A DNA stretch of 64,000 nucleotides from Octopus vulgaris (GCA_951406725.2 OX597823.1:86180001-86244000), one strand, 5' to 3'. Counted from the stretch's first letter, positions 41,974-56,110 are shown. A program made the numbers and translations. The notes: generated from the letters alone by a model not told the origin.

Positions 41974-42628
41974 AGATTTCTTTATTAGCTACGCAGGGCT
42001 GAACACAGAAGGGATAAAATACAAAGTAGGGCTTTTCTTTTTGGGAAGAAGAGAAGGAAAAAAAGGGTCGGATTCCGATCAAATGGGATCGTGAAAAGGA
42101 AAAAGGTGGGGACGATCAATAGGGATCGTGTATCACAGAAATGTCAATGTAAAAGGGGAAAACTGTTTAGGTTTGTCCGTGGAGAGAAAAGCCTACGGAA
42201 AAGACCACGGGAACCTTGGACAATAGTGTCGTGCAAAACGAAAACACTTTACACTAAGTGGCTCTCTTTTTTCCTTTCGTTTTCTTCTTTTGGTTCATAG
42301 GATTATGCTCAAGCTGGCTCCGTCATTCACATGTGCCATCCTTGCTACATTCATCCATCCTTTTTTGAGACATTCACTAGAAAAAACTTCCCTTTCTGCT
42401 CTCACCTTACTCTTTAAGGGATACGTGAAGAAGTTGATGAGAGATTGTCCAGAGAGGAAAGCGTCCACCATACAAATTATTTCGCCATAGCCACAAGTAC
42501 GATGAAAATGGTTTTTCCTTCCCGTTTCAAGGAAGGAGGTGCGACAATATTCATGATAGACTCGGTTGATAAACCGACTCGTCCCACACAATATAGCAGT
42601 CGTTCGACATAGGTCCACAGGTCAGCAA
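41974..42628 (-). mobile_element. 5'-truncated L1/Tx1-like LINE nested in the hAT transposase
   Basis: IADLWTYVERLL...LVAMAK and GQSLINFFTYPLKSKVRAER..W ORF2 C-terminus; splits the hAT sequence FWI / EYP. Confidence 0.65.
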
Positions 42629-44966
42629 TCCAAAATGTATCAATAGTTAACTCGGCATACTTGATTTGAAGTCCGCGATCGCCGGATATGAATGCCAGTT
42701 CCTCTTCACATATTTTCAGGCCAATCAATCTTAGATGGAATTTTTATGAAGGGATTTCAAACCTACTCATACACTTCTGTGTTCAATGACGGAAAATAAA
42801 TGTTTATTTTTTCTTCCAGATTTATCAAATGTTCAAATACAATAGCAGTCATTTCTTTTATGCAGCTTTTACGTATTAAGGGAAACATTTCGAAGTCACC
42901 ACTTTCAGCTCTATTTTACCAAATTACAACTTCCTTTTTCAACGAAACCAGCTATCGAAGTGAGAATGTTTTCATTTCTACCTCGCATAATTGTGTTGAC
43001 GCTATTAAGTTATGCAAATATCTCTGTTAAATATTCTAGCTTGGAAACCCTAAATTCACATTGTAGATATTCCAAGTAGCGCGCATGTTTTACTTTTCTT
43101 AAAAGAAAATGCATGCAATTCCTTGTGGAGTTCATGTATGCGACGTACAACCTTACCTTTTGAGAGCCATCTGAATTTTGTGTGTAAAGGTAAGCGCTTT
43201 TGCTAGGAATCCATATCAACACAAATTTATTCAAATAAGCGACACTTCAACGGCCTACTTTCAATATAATTAGCCATTTCAACTTGGTTTAATACTTGCT
43301 TTAATTCAACTGGTATTGTTTCTGAAACCAGTCCCTCCTTATGAAGGAAGCAATGACTACGCTTAACATTAGAAATTTGCTGTTGTATAAGCGATACAAA
43401 ACCTTTGATAGAGCCTATCATAGATGGTGCCCGATCGGTACATATTCCACATGAATTCCAGGATGAATTCCATTGTTCGAGGTAAGCAGATGAGATGTCA
43501 GAAATATCCTGACCTCTTGTAGTCAGTGGCCTTTTCATCGCGACAAAAGAACTGATTTATGATTTGGTTACCATCAATAAAGCGAATAAATGTAAGTAAT
43601 TGTGCTTTGTCGCTAATGTCAATTGACTTGTCAACCCGCAGAGAAAATTCTGAGTTCTGAAGTTTGTTCTGTACATTTTTCCTCTATATCAGCAGATAGA
43701 TCCATAATTCTCCTATGGACTGTATTATTTGAGAGCGGAATCTTGCTCCTTTCTTGCTCGGCTTCATCACCTTACATGGTTTTAACAATCATTCTACAAG
43801 CAGGTAAGATAATCGACGCGGCTAATGTATGCGATTTCGTTTATAGTGCAATCATTTCGGCTATCTCAATAGACGCGACTTGAGCCTTTTCAGAGAGTTC
43901 ATACTTTTTTGTTCTATTTGTTTATATTGTTCTAGCCGTTTTTGTAAATAATCCAGGTCTTTACAGTGAAGATGTGTTTAGTTGTAAAATGTCTTTTTCA
44001 ACTTACTGGGCAATAAGCCTTCGTTGGACATTTTTTCATCACAAACAACACACAGGAAGAGGTCGATTCTCGTTAAATAGCTACTGCAATATTTACGATT
44101 GGGGTAAGCTTTCGCATTATTATCACTACTGAGACCGAGACAAGCGACTAGTGAAGAGAGGTAGCGTGTCACATATCGGACTCTTCTGAGAAATCTTTCA
44201 AATTTAATTGAAAAGATGAAAATTCTCGCCATTATATGAATGAAAAAAATTGAAATACATCTGCAATGAATGAAGACTATTAAAAGATTTAGTTCTGCAT
44301 CGCATATTTTAGTTCGCTTGTTTATTTTTCACACTCATTATTGAAATAAAAATTGCTGAGGCTACGACCGAAATAAACTGAAACAATCGTGCACTGAATA
44401 TGTCCATAAGACGTCAATTTCGAGGATAGATTGATGCTAATTTACTTCTTATCATTATGAAATTTCAACAAAGTCATACCATAATTCGCCTAAATGAACT
44501 GAATGATACGCCCACCTCACATTCATAGTTTAGAACTTAGTTTTCAGTTTGCATTTTTTCATATTTTAAAATATAATCTTACTTTTTCGAGGTGAACGTA
44601 ATCATATCTTGCGGCGCACGGTTTGGGAATCACTGCACTAAACTCATGCATATTTATTCAACCGAAGCTCATACACACACATACACCGACACAGACGACA
44701 CAGACACATATCAACCGCTTCGATCTTTTCGATTTGAAAAACCACTTCAGATTTTATTGAACACGACCAGACAGATACAAGTTTCTCGGCAAATCTCGAA
44801 AACCAGAAACATTTTTTAAAAATGAAATTAACGATAAAAGGCTATGAAACTTTAAATACTTAATTGGGAGGGGTGAGTAAATGTTTCCTCTTAAATATTT
44901 AAACATCCTGGAATTCCATAAATAATCTTGCTCAGACTTGCTACGGTCATTCATGACTGAAGAGGG

Positions 44967-45015
<49 letters not shown>

Positions 45016-45059
45016 CGTTTATTTACGTATGTGTGCATGGGTGCGTTTTTGTGCGATCC

Positions 45060-45280
45060 GTTTGTGTTTGTTACCAACTACCAATTGACAAACGGTGTTG
45101 GTTCGTGCTCTTTCCGTAATCCAGTGGTTCGGCAAAAGAGATCGATAGACTATGTACCACACTTTAAAAAGTAATTATATATGTGTACAAATTGGGATGA
45201 AGGTTTTGCAATAAATTCTTCATGGTGGTGTCCCAACATGGCTGTACTCCATTGACTGATACAATTAAAAGATAAAAAGT
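45060..45280 (+). mobile_element. SINE family A, degraded 3' half
   Basis: ggttcggcaaaagagatcgataga...tgactgatacaattaaaagataaaa. Confidence 0.6.
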
Positions 45281-45719
45281 GAAAGAATGACATTTATGCC
45301 TCTACCTGATAGTTACACATGCTAGACATAGCACCCATACTTCCTTTGAAATTCATGCTGTAATTTCAAAAATATAAAGGCCACATTGGACAAGGTAGTC
45401 GTAAGTGTACGATAACATAGGATGGTCGTAACTGCAGTGTTTCTTATCAGAAATCTGTTGCAAATGGCTGACTTGTAGTAAAATAAAAGCAACGGTATCA
45501 GATTTTTTTCGATGCATATCATAGTTTAGGAATCGCAGTTACCTCTCATTGATTTTCAGCGACTTTTCTGTGATTTCAAAGAAGGGTTTTTCACGGATTT
45601 AAACAAAATATTTCAAGCAACAACAGTATATTCCACATTTCACGTAAATGAATTCACGTTTCGTCTTGGGCAGGCCAACACACCAACAAAAATATAAACA
45701 CGCCTTGGTTCAATATCAT

Positions 45720-46105
45720 TTCTTTATTTACATTATTTACATTCGACGGATATTTGTACTCATCTTGTATGTTTTTAAGACAACGTTTCGGCTGATAATC
45801 CCTCCAGCCTTCTTCAAGTGTCTTGGGGGAAATTTCGAACCTGGGTTCTCATTACTAACATATATTTCGATGTTATTATTATTATTATTATTATTGTTGT
45901 TGTTGTTGTTGTTGTTGTTGTTAGCGTTCAGGTCACTGCTAGGAATGGAACTCGGAATCTTAGGTTTAGTAGACCACGCTCTTAACCGTGGGCATATGGC
46001 GTAGTGGTTAAGAAAAATACCTTAAGAATGAGAACCCAGGTTCGAACTTTCCCCAAGACACCTGAAGAAGGCTGGGGGTATATCAGCCGAAACGTCGAGT
46101 TAAAT
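45720..46105. mobile_element. Head-to-head pair of tRNA-headed elements carrying hammerhead-like motifs
   Basis: Minus copy 45720-45988 and plus copy 45991-46105; CUGAAGA A GGCUG..CAGCC GAAACGU at 46062 (+) and a UUGAAGA variant at 45777-45824 (-). Confidence 0.65.
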
Positions 46106-47033
46106 ATCGAACATTTCCTTATTGTTCGTCAGTTGGTTAAATATCTCACGTGCTAACGAATCGACCATTTGTTTAATTTTTTGGTTTAAAAATAAATCGG
46201 TTGTTAAAGTAAGGATCGTTAAGTTTGATGGTTAGATACTTAACATTAAAGAAGTGATATTGAAACAGTGAGCGGCTTGTTTATTATTATTATTATTAGA
46301 AGAAGAATGCCCCCCCCCCCAAAGCAACAAAATTTGTTTCAACACACCAATCCACATCAAGAATGTTGCAAGGGAAATATAAAAACGGAGATTTTCGTTT
46401 CATTTCAATAAAAAGAGAGTGATGATTGCTTTATGATATGAAACACTTTAAATATAATGGAAAATTATAAGAATACGGATAAGATTTCCAGTTGTTGACT
46501 AATCTGATCCTTTTGAAGCAAAAGAAGACGTTGAAAGGCAGAAGTCCTTCGTGAAATAAGATCAATGTAATACTTATTGCATGTATATAGAGAATGATAC
46601 TAGACTTGGCAGAGTTTTGCATTTTACAAAAAAGTAATTAAAATTCAAGGAAAATGGAAAAGAATCGCTTAGCTTTCAAGTGCCTGATCTTACAACCAAC
46701 CTTTGAAGAATAAGGAGTTTTGAGTGCATAAGATCGGAAATAATTAGAAAGACACTTGGGGGAAATATATAGTTTTTGCGAAATGCATGGTGATTTGGAG
46801 TAGTGAATATAACACATTCTCGTAACGGAGTAGTGAATATAACACATTCTTGTAACGCAACCTATTATTTCAATTTTAACGATCTCTATTATTAATAATT
46901 CTCTACAAAATCGCACTTAGCTGAGAATATCTATCTATCTTATCTCTCTCTCTCTCTCTCTCTCTGTATATACACACGCACACGCACACACAGAGTGCGG
47001 AATACATATACATACATAGACACATATACATGA

Positions 47034-47705
<672 letters not shown>

Positions 47706-47825
47706 TAAATAAATAAACACATACAAAAAGATTTATATATACTGCTTCAGTTAAATTCAATATATATATATAAGCACACGCACACATACATATATGTGTG
47801 TATTTATATATATGTATATATATAG

Positions 47826-47861
<36 letters not shown>

Positions 47862-47874
47862 ATACATATATATA

Positions 47875-48040
47875 TACCACGAGCTTCTTGTAGTTTCCGT
47901 CTACCAAATACACTCACAAGCCTTTGGTCAGCCCGAAGCTATAGTAGAGGTCACTTGCCCAAGGTGCCACGCAATGGGACTGAACCCGCAACCATGTGGT
48001 TGGTAAGCAAGTTATTTACCACACATCCACTCCTGCGCCT
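47875..48040 (-). mobile_element. SINE family A, 5' half
   Basis: Reverse complement of the family A head. Confidence 0.8.
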
Positions 48041-48047
48041 CTCTCTC

Positions 48048-48084
<37 letters not shown>

Positions 48085-48619
48085 TATATATATGTGTCTG
48101 TATGTGTGTATGTGTGTGTGTGTGTTGCTACTAATAGATTCATATGTTGAGAAATATCTCAAACATATGCATCAGTGACAGACCCTGTTAATTCATGGTT
48201 ACTTTATTGTATCACCTACACGGTGAATTGACAGACTCGTCACAGCATTTAAGGAAACACCTTATGATATTCGTCCCGGATTTGTATCCCACTAGGATCA
48301 GTTTAGCGTTTCATCCTTTCGGGATTGATAAGTAAATTACTAATCCATTACAGGGTCACGATTTTTCTCTCTCTTTCTCTGACCCTTTTTTTCGCTTTGG
48401 ATCATATATGTAATATGAAAACAGCAACATTGTAAAATATGGATGGGTGTCGTTCTGAGATTTGCACTAAGAGTGCTTGAGTGCTTCTATATAAATTTTA
48501 TGAGTAAGGATACAGTTAGCCGAACAATTCATTGAACATTATGGGTAATCAAATTTCGTATCACATATATTTTGGTTCGAATATAACTAAATAATCAAGG
48601 GTGGAGATCAGGCAAAATC

Positions 48620-48810
48620 TTTAGCTGGCGGGCAAAATGCTTAGCGGCATTTCATCAAATTGAGTTCAAATTCTGCCGAGGTCGACTTTACCCTTCATCC
48701 TTTCGGGATCGATAAAATAACTTCCAGTTGAACATTGAGATCGATATAATTAACTTATTCCTGTTTCAGAAATTGCTGACCTTGCGTCAAAAATTGAAGC
48801 CAATATTAGT
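48620..48810 (+). mobile_element. SINE family B variant
   Basis: gagttcaaattctgccgaggtcgacttt.cccttcatcctttcggg.tcgataaa. Confidence 0.7.
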
Positions 48811-49331
48811 AAAAAACCTGATATTTGGGTAAGAGATGTTATTCGATTGCACCAATCTCAGTACTTAACTAGAACCTTATTTTGACGTTGCAGGAGGGAT
48901 GACAGGCGAAACTGACCTAAACAGAATTCAATTATACCTGTAATTCTTCCGGGGTGGAAATAAATAAAATACCACTCAAGTATTTCATAATAAAGTATCA
49001 GTTAAGTTTGTCAGATCTGAGATCTCATCATAGGCTGATGTCAACCAATTCTACCTGTTCCATGGTTGAATGGTATGCGACTAAATCCTCTCATCCACTT
49101 TTGTTGTTTTTTATTCTTGTAAGGAGGATGCCTGGACACCTAGCGGCAATAAAAGCAAGATCTATCGAAGGAGGTATGAATTTATTGTGGACTAATGGCC
49201 ATCAACTTGAGGAAGGCAATGGCTAACCATTTCAAACGCTTTACCAAGAAAACACTGTGAGAGGGTCAGAACAAGGTAACGCTATGGAAGGCATATTTTT
49301 TCTGACTTTTGGATACTTTAACGACTATATA

Positions 49332-49675
49332 TCTCTTTTACTCTTTTACTTGTTTCAGTCATTTGACTGCGGCCATGCTGGGGCACCGCCTTTAGTACTT
49401 ATTCTATCGGTCTCTTTTGCCGAACCGCCAAGTAACGGGGACATAAGCACACCAGCATCGGTTGTCAAGCAATGCTAGGGGGACAAACACAAACACACAC
49501 ATACATATATATACATATATACGACAGGCTTCTTTCAGTTTCCGTCTACCAAATCCACTCACAAGGCATTGGTCGGCCCGGGGCTATAGCAGAAGACACT
49601 TGCCCAAGGTGCCACGCAGTGGGACTGAACCCGGAACCATGTGGTTGGTTAGCAAGCTACTTACCACACAGCCTA
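49332..49675 (-). mobile_element. SINE family A with internal deletion
   Basis: Reverse complement of 38538-38955 lacking about 45 nt. Confidence 0.85.
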
Positions 49676-49903
49676 TATATATATATATATACACACATGT
49701 TTGTTGTATATCAAGTTATATATAGAAACAATTTAACGTTAAATTGAAGAGTCACTCAATATTTTTCTTATTGTATAAGCTTATTAAGCTTTTCCAAGAA
49801 GTGATGACAGTGACTTCGAAGTGTAAGGCTGCCTGCCATCCTCTGTCTTACAAAAGCTAGCAGGCCGACACGTCGTGGTTACTGTCATGGTATTTTCTTT
49901 AAA

Positions 49904-50133
49904 AAGGCGAGCTAGCAGAAACGTTAGCACGCCGGGCGAAATACTTACCGGTATTTTGTCTGTCGCTACGTTCTGAGTTCAAATTCCGCCGAGGTAGACT
50001 TTGCCCTTCATCCTTTCGGGGTCGATAAATTAAGTACCAGTTATGCACTGGGGTCGATATAATCGACTTAATCCGTTTGTCTGTCCTTGTTTGTCCTCTC
50101 TGTGTTTAGCCCTTTGTGGGTAGTAAAGAAATA
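49904..50133 (+). mobile_element. SINE family B, full length with 17-bp TSD
   Basis: ggtattttctttaaaaa at 49889-49905 and 50134-50150. Confidence 0.9.
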
Positions 50134-50210
50134 GGTATTTTCTTTAAAAAATGTGTATATTTGTATATGTGTGTGCATGTGTGTACATACAAAACTATTA
50201 TATGTATACA

Positions 50211-50244
<34 letters not shown>

Positions 50245-50255
50245 CTATACTTCTG

Positions 50256-50286
<31 letters not shown>

Positions 50287-50714
50287 ATATGCACATATAC
50301 ATGCATATACACACAAACACACACACATACATACACATAAACACATACATATATGTATATATATATATGGACATGGAAATGTACACGCACTCACTAAGCA
50401 CGATCACACACGCATGTAATTCCTTTGTATAGGTGTGTTTATTCTTGTGAGCTTTTTATTATTTGCCCATTAACTTTGGCCATCCTTGTTTAGCTCTATC
50501 ATTAAATAATGTAGCAACATATTTTCATTATTCTCTACTAAGACAAAATTGCAAAGCTTCGTATACAAAAGACGAAAGGCGAAATAATTTGTGTGATGCG
50601 TTTCGTAGGTAGCCTTCCGCCGTGGTTTGACAAAAATTACATTTAATTGTAGTAACCACGTGAACCGGGCAGTCATTTCACTTATTACGGCTTGTGTTCA
50701 AGATTATGGACCGT

Positions 50715-50719
50715 TAATG

Positions 50720-50753
<34 letters not shown>

Positions 50754-50937
50754 TAATAATAATAATAATAATAATGATGATGATGATGATAATGATGATG
50801 ATGATAATAATAGTATTAATAATAATAATGATAATAATAGTAATAATAATATTGAGAAGAATAAGAACAAAAACCAGAACAATCACAGTTGTGAACAATA
50901 ACAATAAGAAAACAATAATAATTGCAACAACATGAAC

Positions 50938-51020
<83 letters not shown>

Positions 51021-51066
51021 GAGCAATAATAATAGTAATAATAATAATAACAATAGTACTAATAAC

Positions 51067-51114
<48 letters not shown>

Positions 51115-51155
51115 GGTAATAATAATAATATAAAAGTAATAATAATAATAACAAC

Positions 51156-51198
<43 letters not shown>

Positions 51199-51199
51199 T

Positions 51200-51278
<79 letters not shown>

Positions 51279-51280
51279 TA
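50715..51280. repeat. (AAT)n-rich microsatellite
   Basis: Direct inspection. Confidence 0.95.
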
Positions 51281-51550
51281 GGTGGCAATTGTATAATATT
51301 TATGTCATAACAAGTCTTCTTTGAAGTTAGTCGAACAAGGAGGAAGTGCAGTTTATGGAAATACCGTAAAATATGGTGATCGTAATGGCGGCAACAGAGG
51401 GAAAGGAAGAGGTAATTGGAGTTGTAGTGGAAAGGAAATGGCGCTTATTTTTATATCCGGTATTTTTCAGCGATGCGTAGGGTTCTAAGTTTAATATGAT
51501 TGTTTATATGAATGAATTTGAGAATATGTGTATGTACGTATGAATGTATG

Positions 51551-51647
<97 letters not shown>

Positions 51648-51705
51648 GTATATATATACATATATATATAGATAGATAGATAGATATACAATGTACTGTA
51701 TATAC

Positions 51706-51746
<41 letters not shown>

Positions 51747-51850
51747 CACGCATACGTATGTGTAGATGTATACATAGATGTACACATATATAGGTATGTA
51801 AATGTACAAGCATACATATATATTTGCATATATATTTTTTATTTATATTA

Positions 51851-51890
<40 letters not shown>

Positions 51891-52329
51891 AATACATAAA
51901 CACACACGCGTACACACATATATATGGTGTTGTTCGTGGACCCACGAAAGACAGATATAGATATATGTATTTACATACATAAATGTATATATGAATATAT
52001 ATACTATATATTATATATATATAATAATATATATATGAATATATTTAACACACGCACTATGTGTACATATGTGTGCGTATGCGTGTACGTGTTATGTATG
52101 TGCACGTACGACGTAGGTGTTGTTGGCGTTGTTGAAGTCATTGTTTACCAAATTTCCAAATGAAAATTATTCTCGACCAGACTTTTGCCTTTGCTGTTCC
52201 AATAGAGAGATAATATACAAGGACAAACGTAGCTGTTGTGAGAAGTTAATGATTTGTAGTTGGTGTTTGAGTGATATCAGTCCGGAAAGAGGGAAATTAG
52301 CTGAACGCCATACGATCGGGAAAACCGAC

Positions 52330-53115
52330 AGGAGGAGAATGAGGGAAGAAATGAAGGAAGAAAGGAACAAACAAACAAACAAAAGAAAGGAAAGAAAAAT
52401 AAACGGAGAGCAAGAAAGGAAGGAAGAAAGGAATCAAGGAAGAAAAATAGAAGGAAGCAAAGAAAGAAAGTAGGAAGGAAAGAAAGAAAGAATGAAAGAA
52501 GAAAGACTGAATGAAAAAAAAACAGAGAGCAAGACAGGAAAGAAGGAATGAGGGAAGAAAAAAGAAAGAACGATGAAAGAAAGAAATAGAAGAAAAGGGG
52601 GAAGGATGAAAAAGAGAAAGAAAGAAAATGAAGAAACGGAGATCAAGAAAGGGAGGAAGGAAGTAAAAGAAGAAAAGAACGGATGACAGAAAGGAAGAAA
52701 GAATGAAATAGAAGGAAAGAAGGAAGGAAGAAAGCAAATGAAAATATAACGGAGAAAGAAGGAAGGAAAAAGAAAGAAAGAAGGAAAAAAATGGAAACAG
52801 AAAAGAAAGAAAGAAAAGAGAAGAAAGTTAAGAATGATATAAGGCGAAGTAGAAAGATGAACGACAAGAAGAACGACGACGATGTTGATGATGATGATGA
52901 TGATGATGATCAGCGTGATCATGGTGACGACGACGACGGTGAATATGCTGATAACCATGATGATGATGACCATGATGACGTTAGAGAAGAAGAAGAAGAA
53001 GAAGAAGAAGAAGAAGAAGAAGAAGAAGAAGAAGAAGAAGAAGAAGAAGAAGAAGAAGAAGAAGAAGAAGAAGAAGAAAAAGAAGAAGAAGAAGAAGACG
53101 ATGACGACGACGACT
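52330..53115. repeat. Purine-rich (GAAA/GGAA) tract followed by (GAT)n/(GAA)n
   Basis: Direct inspection. Confidence 0.9.
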
Positions 53116-53220
53116 GCAGACAATATCTGTATGAACAGCAAAACTGACCCGAACAATTCCAAAATTTTAACAGAAACAGCAAAATTTCTTTGATCACCAA
53201 ATATGTGACAACACACACAA

Positions 53221-53271
<51 letters not shown>

Positions 53272-53495
53272 CACAAACAAACAAACAAAACAGTTTAATC
53301 ATGCGAATTGAAACAGAAAGAAAACAGAATTTTTTTTATATTGAACAGCATTCTTCTGCGACTTCATTGGATATTTAAACTGCACCATTTTCATTAAATA
53401 GCATATCACTTCACAGCAAGAGTTCGTCAGTGATTGCTTGTGGTAGCTAATAGTGTAATCGCGTAAAACCGAATGTGTCACATCACACAGCCAAA

Positions 53496-53926
53496 CACAT
53501 TAAGTTGACAGTATACAACTACTCTATTGTCCCACCAGTGTTTATATCTCTCTGAGATATTTAGAAATGTTATATTTCTATTTTTGTGATCAGTGGATTT
53601 ATTTCGCTAGGATTCTTATATGTTTACGAGGCCTAGACATGCATCTGCAACTAGCAGGCCATGCTACTCCAGACTGATGACGAGAAATACTCAGAAACTA
53701 GTCTCTAGATGCAGGCTTAGCTGTGTGGAGGTGCTTGTCCCCCCCCCCCCTTGTAAACATAAGTACACAGGAAATGTGTCAAGGCCGACAGGAAGCGTTG
53801 ATGCTTCATAGGGCTAAATAACGGTGTTGTGATTTCCTTCATGGGACTCTCACATTAAGTTGACAGTATACAACTCTCTATCGTACAACCACTACTTATA
53901 TCTCTCGGAGATATTTAGAAATTTAG

Positions 53927-53930
<4 letters not shown>
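53496..53930 (+). mobile_element. Retrozyme-like element: about 355-bp unit with about 72-bp partial tandem
   Basis: 53496-53568 repeats at 53851-53922 and runs into (TA)n; HHR lies between the repeats. Confidence 0.65.
53640..53713 (+). ncRNA. Type I hammerhead ribozyme
   Basis: aga CUGAUGA cGAG aaaua CUCa GAAAC UA GUC ucu; distal helix ugcaucu/agaugca; C.A mismatch closes helix II. Confidence 0.7.
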
Positions 53931-53984
<54 letters not shown>

Positions 53985-54072
53985 ACACATACACACGCAA
54001 AAATATATATATATATTGGAACAAAATTGGGAGTTGTTTTATATATATCTGTGTGTGTGTATATATATATAC

Positions 54073-54120
<48 letters not shown>

Positions 54121-54128
<8 letters not shown>

Positions 54129-54234
54129 AGAAGGTTTGAAAATGCAATTTTAAAAGATACATCTTTTAAATTGCATTTTCAAACCTTCTTTCATATATAA
54201 TTCCACTCGTGTGGTACCTTACAACTCCACTTTG

Positions 54235-54235
<1 letters not shown>
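54121..54235. repeat. Short fold-back element in (TA)n
   Basis: Arms 54121-54158 and 54161-54197 with an ac spacer, then a unique extension. Confidence 0.75.
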
Positions 54236-54267
<32 letters not shown>

Positions 54268-54270
<3 letters not shown>

Positions 54271-55552
54271 TACATATGTAGAAAATAGGTGTGAGTTTGT
54301 TTGTGGCATTGTTAGCTAACTCCTCCTACATCGTTTTATTGATGTTAATGAAACTTGACACGTGATTAAAACTCATGTCTGGAACCCTCGTGACTTACTT
54401 AGATTTTTAAGAAAATCAATATGGCCCTGGACGGGATCTTTATATCTACCTCATATAACTAATTTTTTAAACACCCAAAGGAAATAACCCATTTCATTGT
54501 CTGTGTTCAGTTATTTAGAATATTGATTTTTTTGTGTGTCCAATTTCTAATGTTTGCAGACAATATCATTTTATTTGACACGTGAGTAGAACTCTTGTCT
54601 GGAAACCTCGTGACATACTGAGATTGTTGAAAAAAGTCGATAATAGGGCCCCTCGGATGGATTCTTCTATCTACTACATATTACTAATATTTTATTTAAA
54701 CAACCCAAGGGAAATAACCCATAGCACCTGCAGATTTTAGCGAAGCGATCAATATTTGATTCTGACGATCAGCTGACCTAATTCTGCATTTCACTACTCA
54801 GTTTTGCAATTCCTTAAATTGAATCTTAAACCTTAAATACTTCATTTATACATTTCTATTCATACATACTTGTTTGAATGCCCATTACTCTGATATTTCT
54901 GCATTTTACAGGTACATTTTTTTCCATGATGTTAGACATTTTTTTTATTCTACAACGTATTTGTAGGGGCTTCATGTAGGCATAGCGTGAATTCGATCCT
55001 ACATTGCATTATTTCGCTTAAGACTTCAACAGCGCTTTTCTCCCGGTAAAACAATAGTTTTTGTGTAAATGACAGCCGTTATACATTTCCCAGATGCATT
55101 CGCAAAGCAGAATAATTTCTTCATCATTTGACTCTTCTGACCTATTCTAGTCCACCACTTTTTGGAATGGAGATAACAGAGCTCCAACGAAATCGTTTGT
55201 TCTCAACAATATGTATATCCTTCTGGCTGCTTTTCGGTAGTTATAAAAACAAAAACTCCATAAGCTAAAGGCAGTTAGTGAGAGCGACCATCAGTGAGTG
55301 TGATCGTTATTACTGCACTTTCTTCAAACATTTCATTCATATATTTATATAACCTCTCTCACCAACCCCCGACAATATTTCTTGCCAACCTCCAACAATC
55401 TCCCTCGCCTCCAGCTGAAAGTTTTTTGTACCTTTTCGTGACGGAAAATACACCTTTTGTGGCAGTTATAACGAAATTGCTTTTTATATCAGAGTAATAA
55501 GGTGTTTCAATAAAACATTTTACCCCCGGGAATTACCGGGTACACCCGCTAG
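54268..55552 (+). mobile_element. Non-autonomous Helitron-like element
   Basis: 3' hairpin cccgggaattaccggg then CTAG followed by T (55549-55553); internal about 220-bp tandem duplication (54355-54493 / 54575-54722); 5' end approximate. Confidence 0.65.
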
Positions 55553-55886
55553 TATATATATATATACATACACACACACAACGCACAACTTCTGTCTGTC
55601 ATATTTACTCGCAACCATTTATTTGTATATTACAAGGTATCATATACGACCCTTAGCGAAGTTTGTGCGCTGCGGGATAGAAATCTACACCACGAAAAAG
55701 GAAATTTCTAACATGCTCATATCTATTTTTTTTTTCGATCATACATAGTGATTTTATAAGTTTTGCATTCAATCTTACGTATAGGCGTAGCTGCCTCCCA
55801 GTATGTATGCACGCATGCACGCACGTGTGCACACACACATACACACAAGCACACGCACGCACACATATCTATCCCTCTCTCCCAAT

Positions 55887-55940
<54 letters not shown>

Positions 55941-55979
55941 GTCTGTCTGTATGTATGTATGTATATGTATGTATGTATG

Positions 55980-56011
<32 letters not shown>

Positions 56012-56049
56012 TGTATGTATGTATGTATGTATGTATGTATTTATGTATG

Positions 56050-56110
<61 letters not shown>

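Larger units (their letters stand above)
41299..44635 (-). mobile_element. Full-length decayed hAT (Buster/Charlie) transposon
   Basis: TIRs caatggttccccaaa / tttgggaatcactg; 8-bp TSD cattaaac / cactaaac (NNNTANNN); motifs CVVCDEKMSNEGLLPSKLK, GICTDRAPSMIG, HCFLHKE, CELGFS and EEEMRVCLSQIRP. Confidence 0.9.

Noticed and set aside
46797-46858. 30-bp direct repeat (CRISPR-like length)
   Set aside because: Simple adjacent tandem duplication with no spacers, in a eukaryotic context
52434-53288. 284-aa Phe-rich ORF
   Set aside because: Antisense translation of purine and (GAA)n tracts
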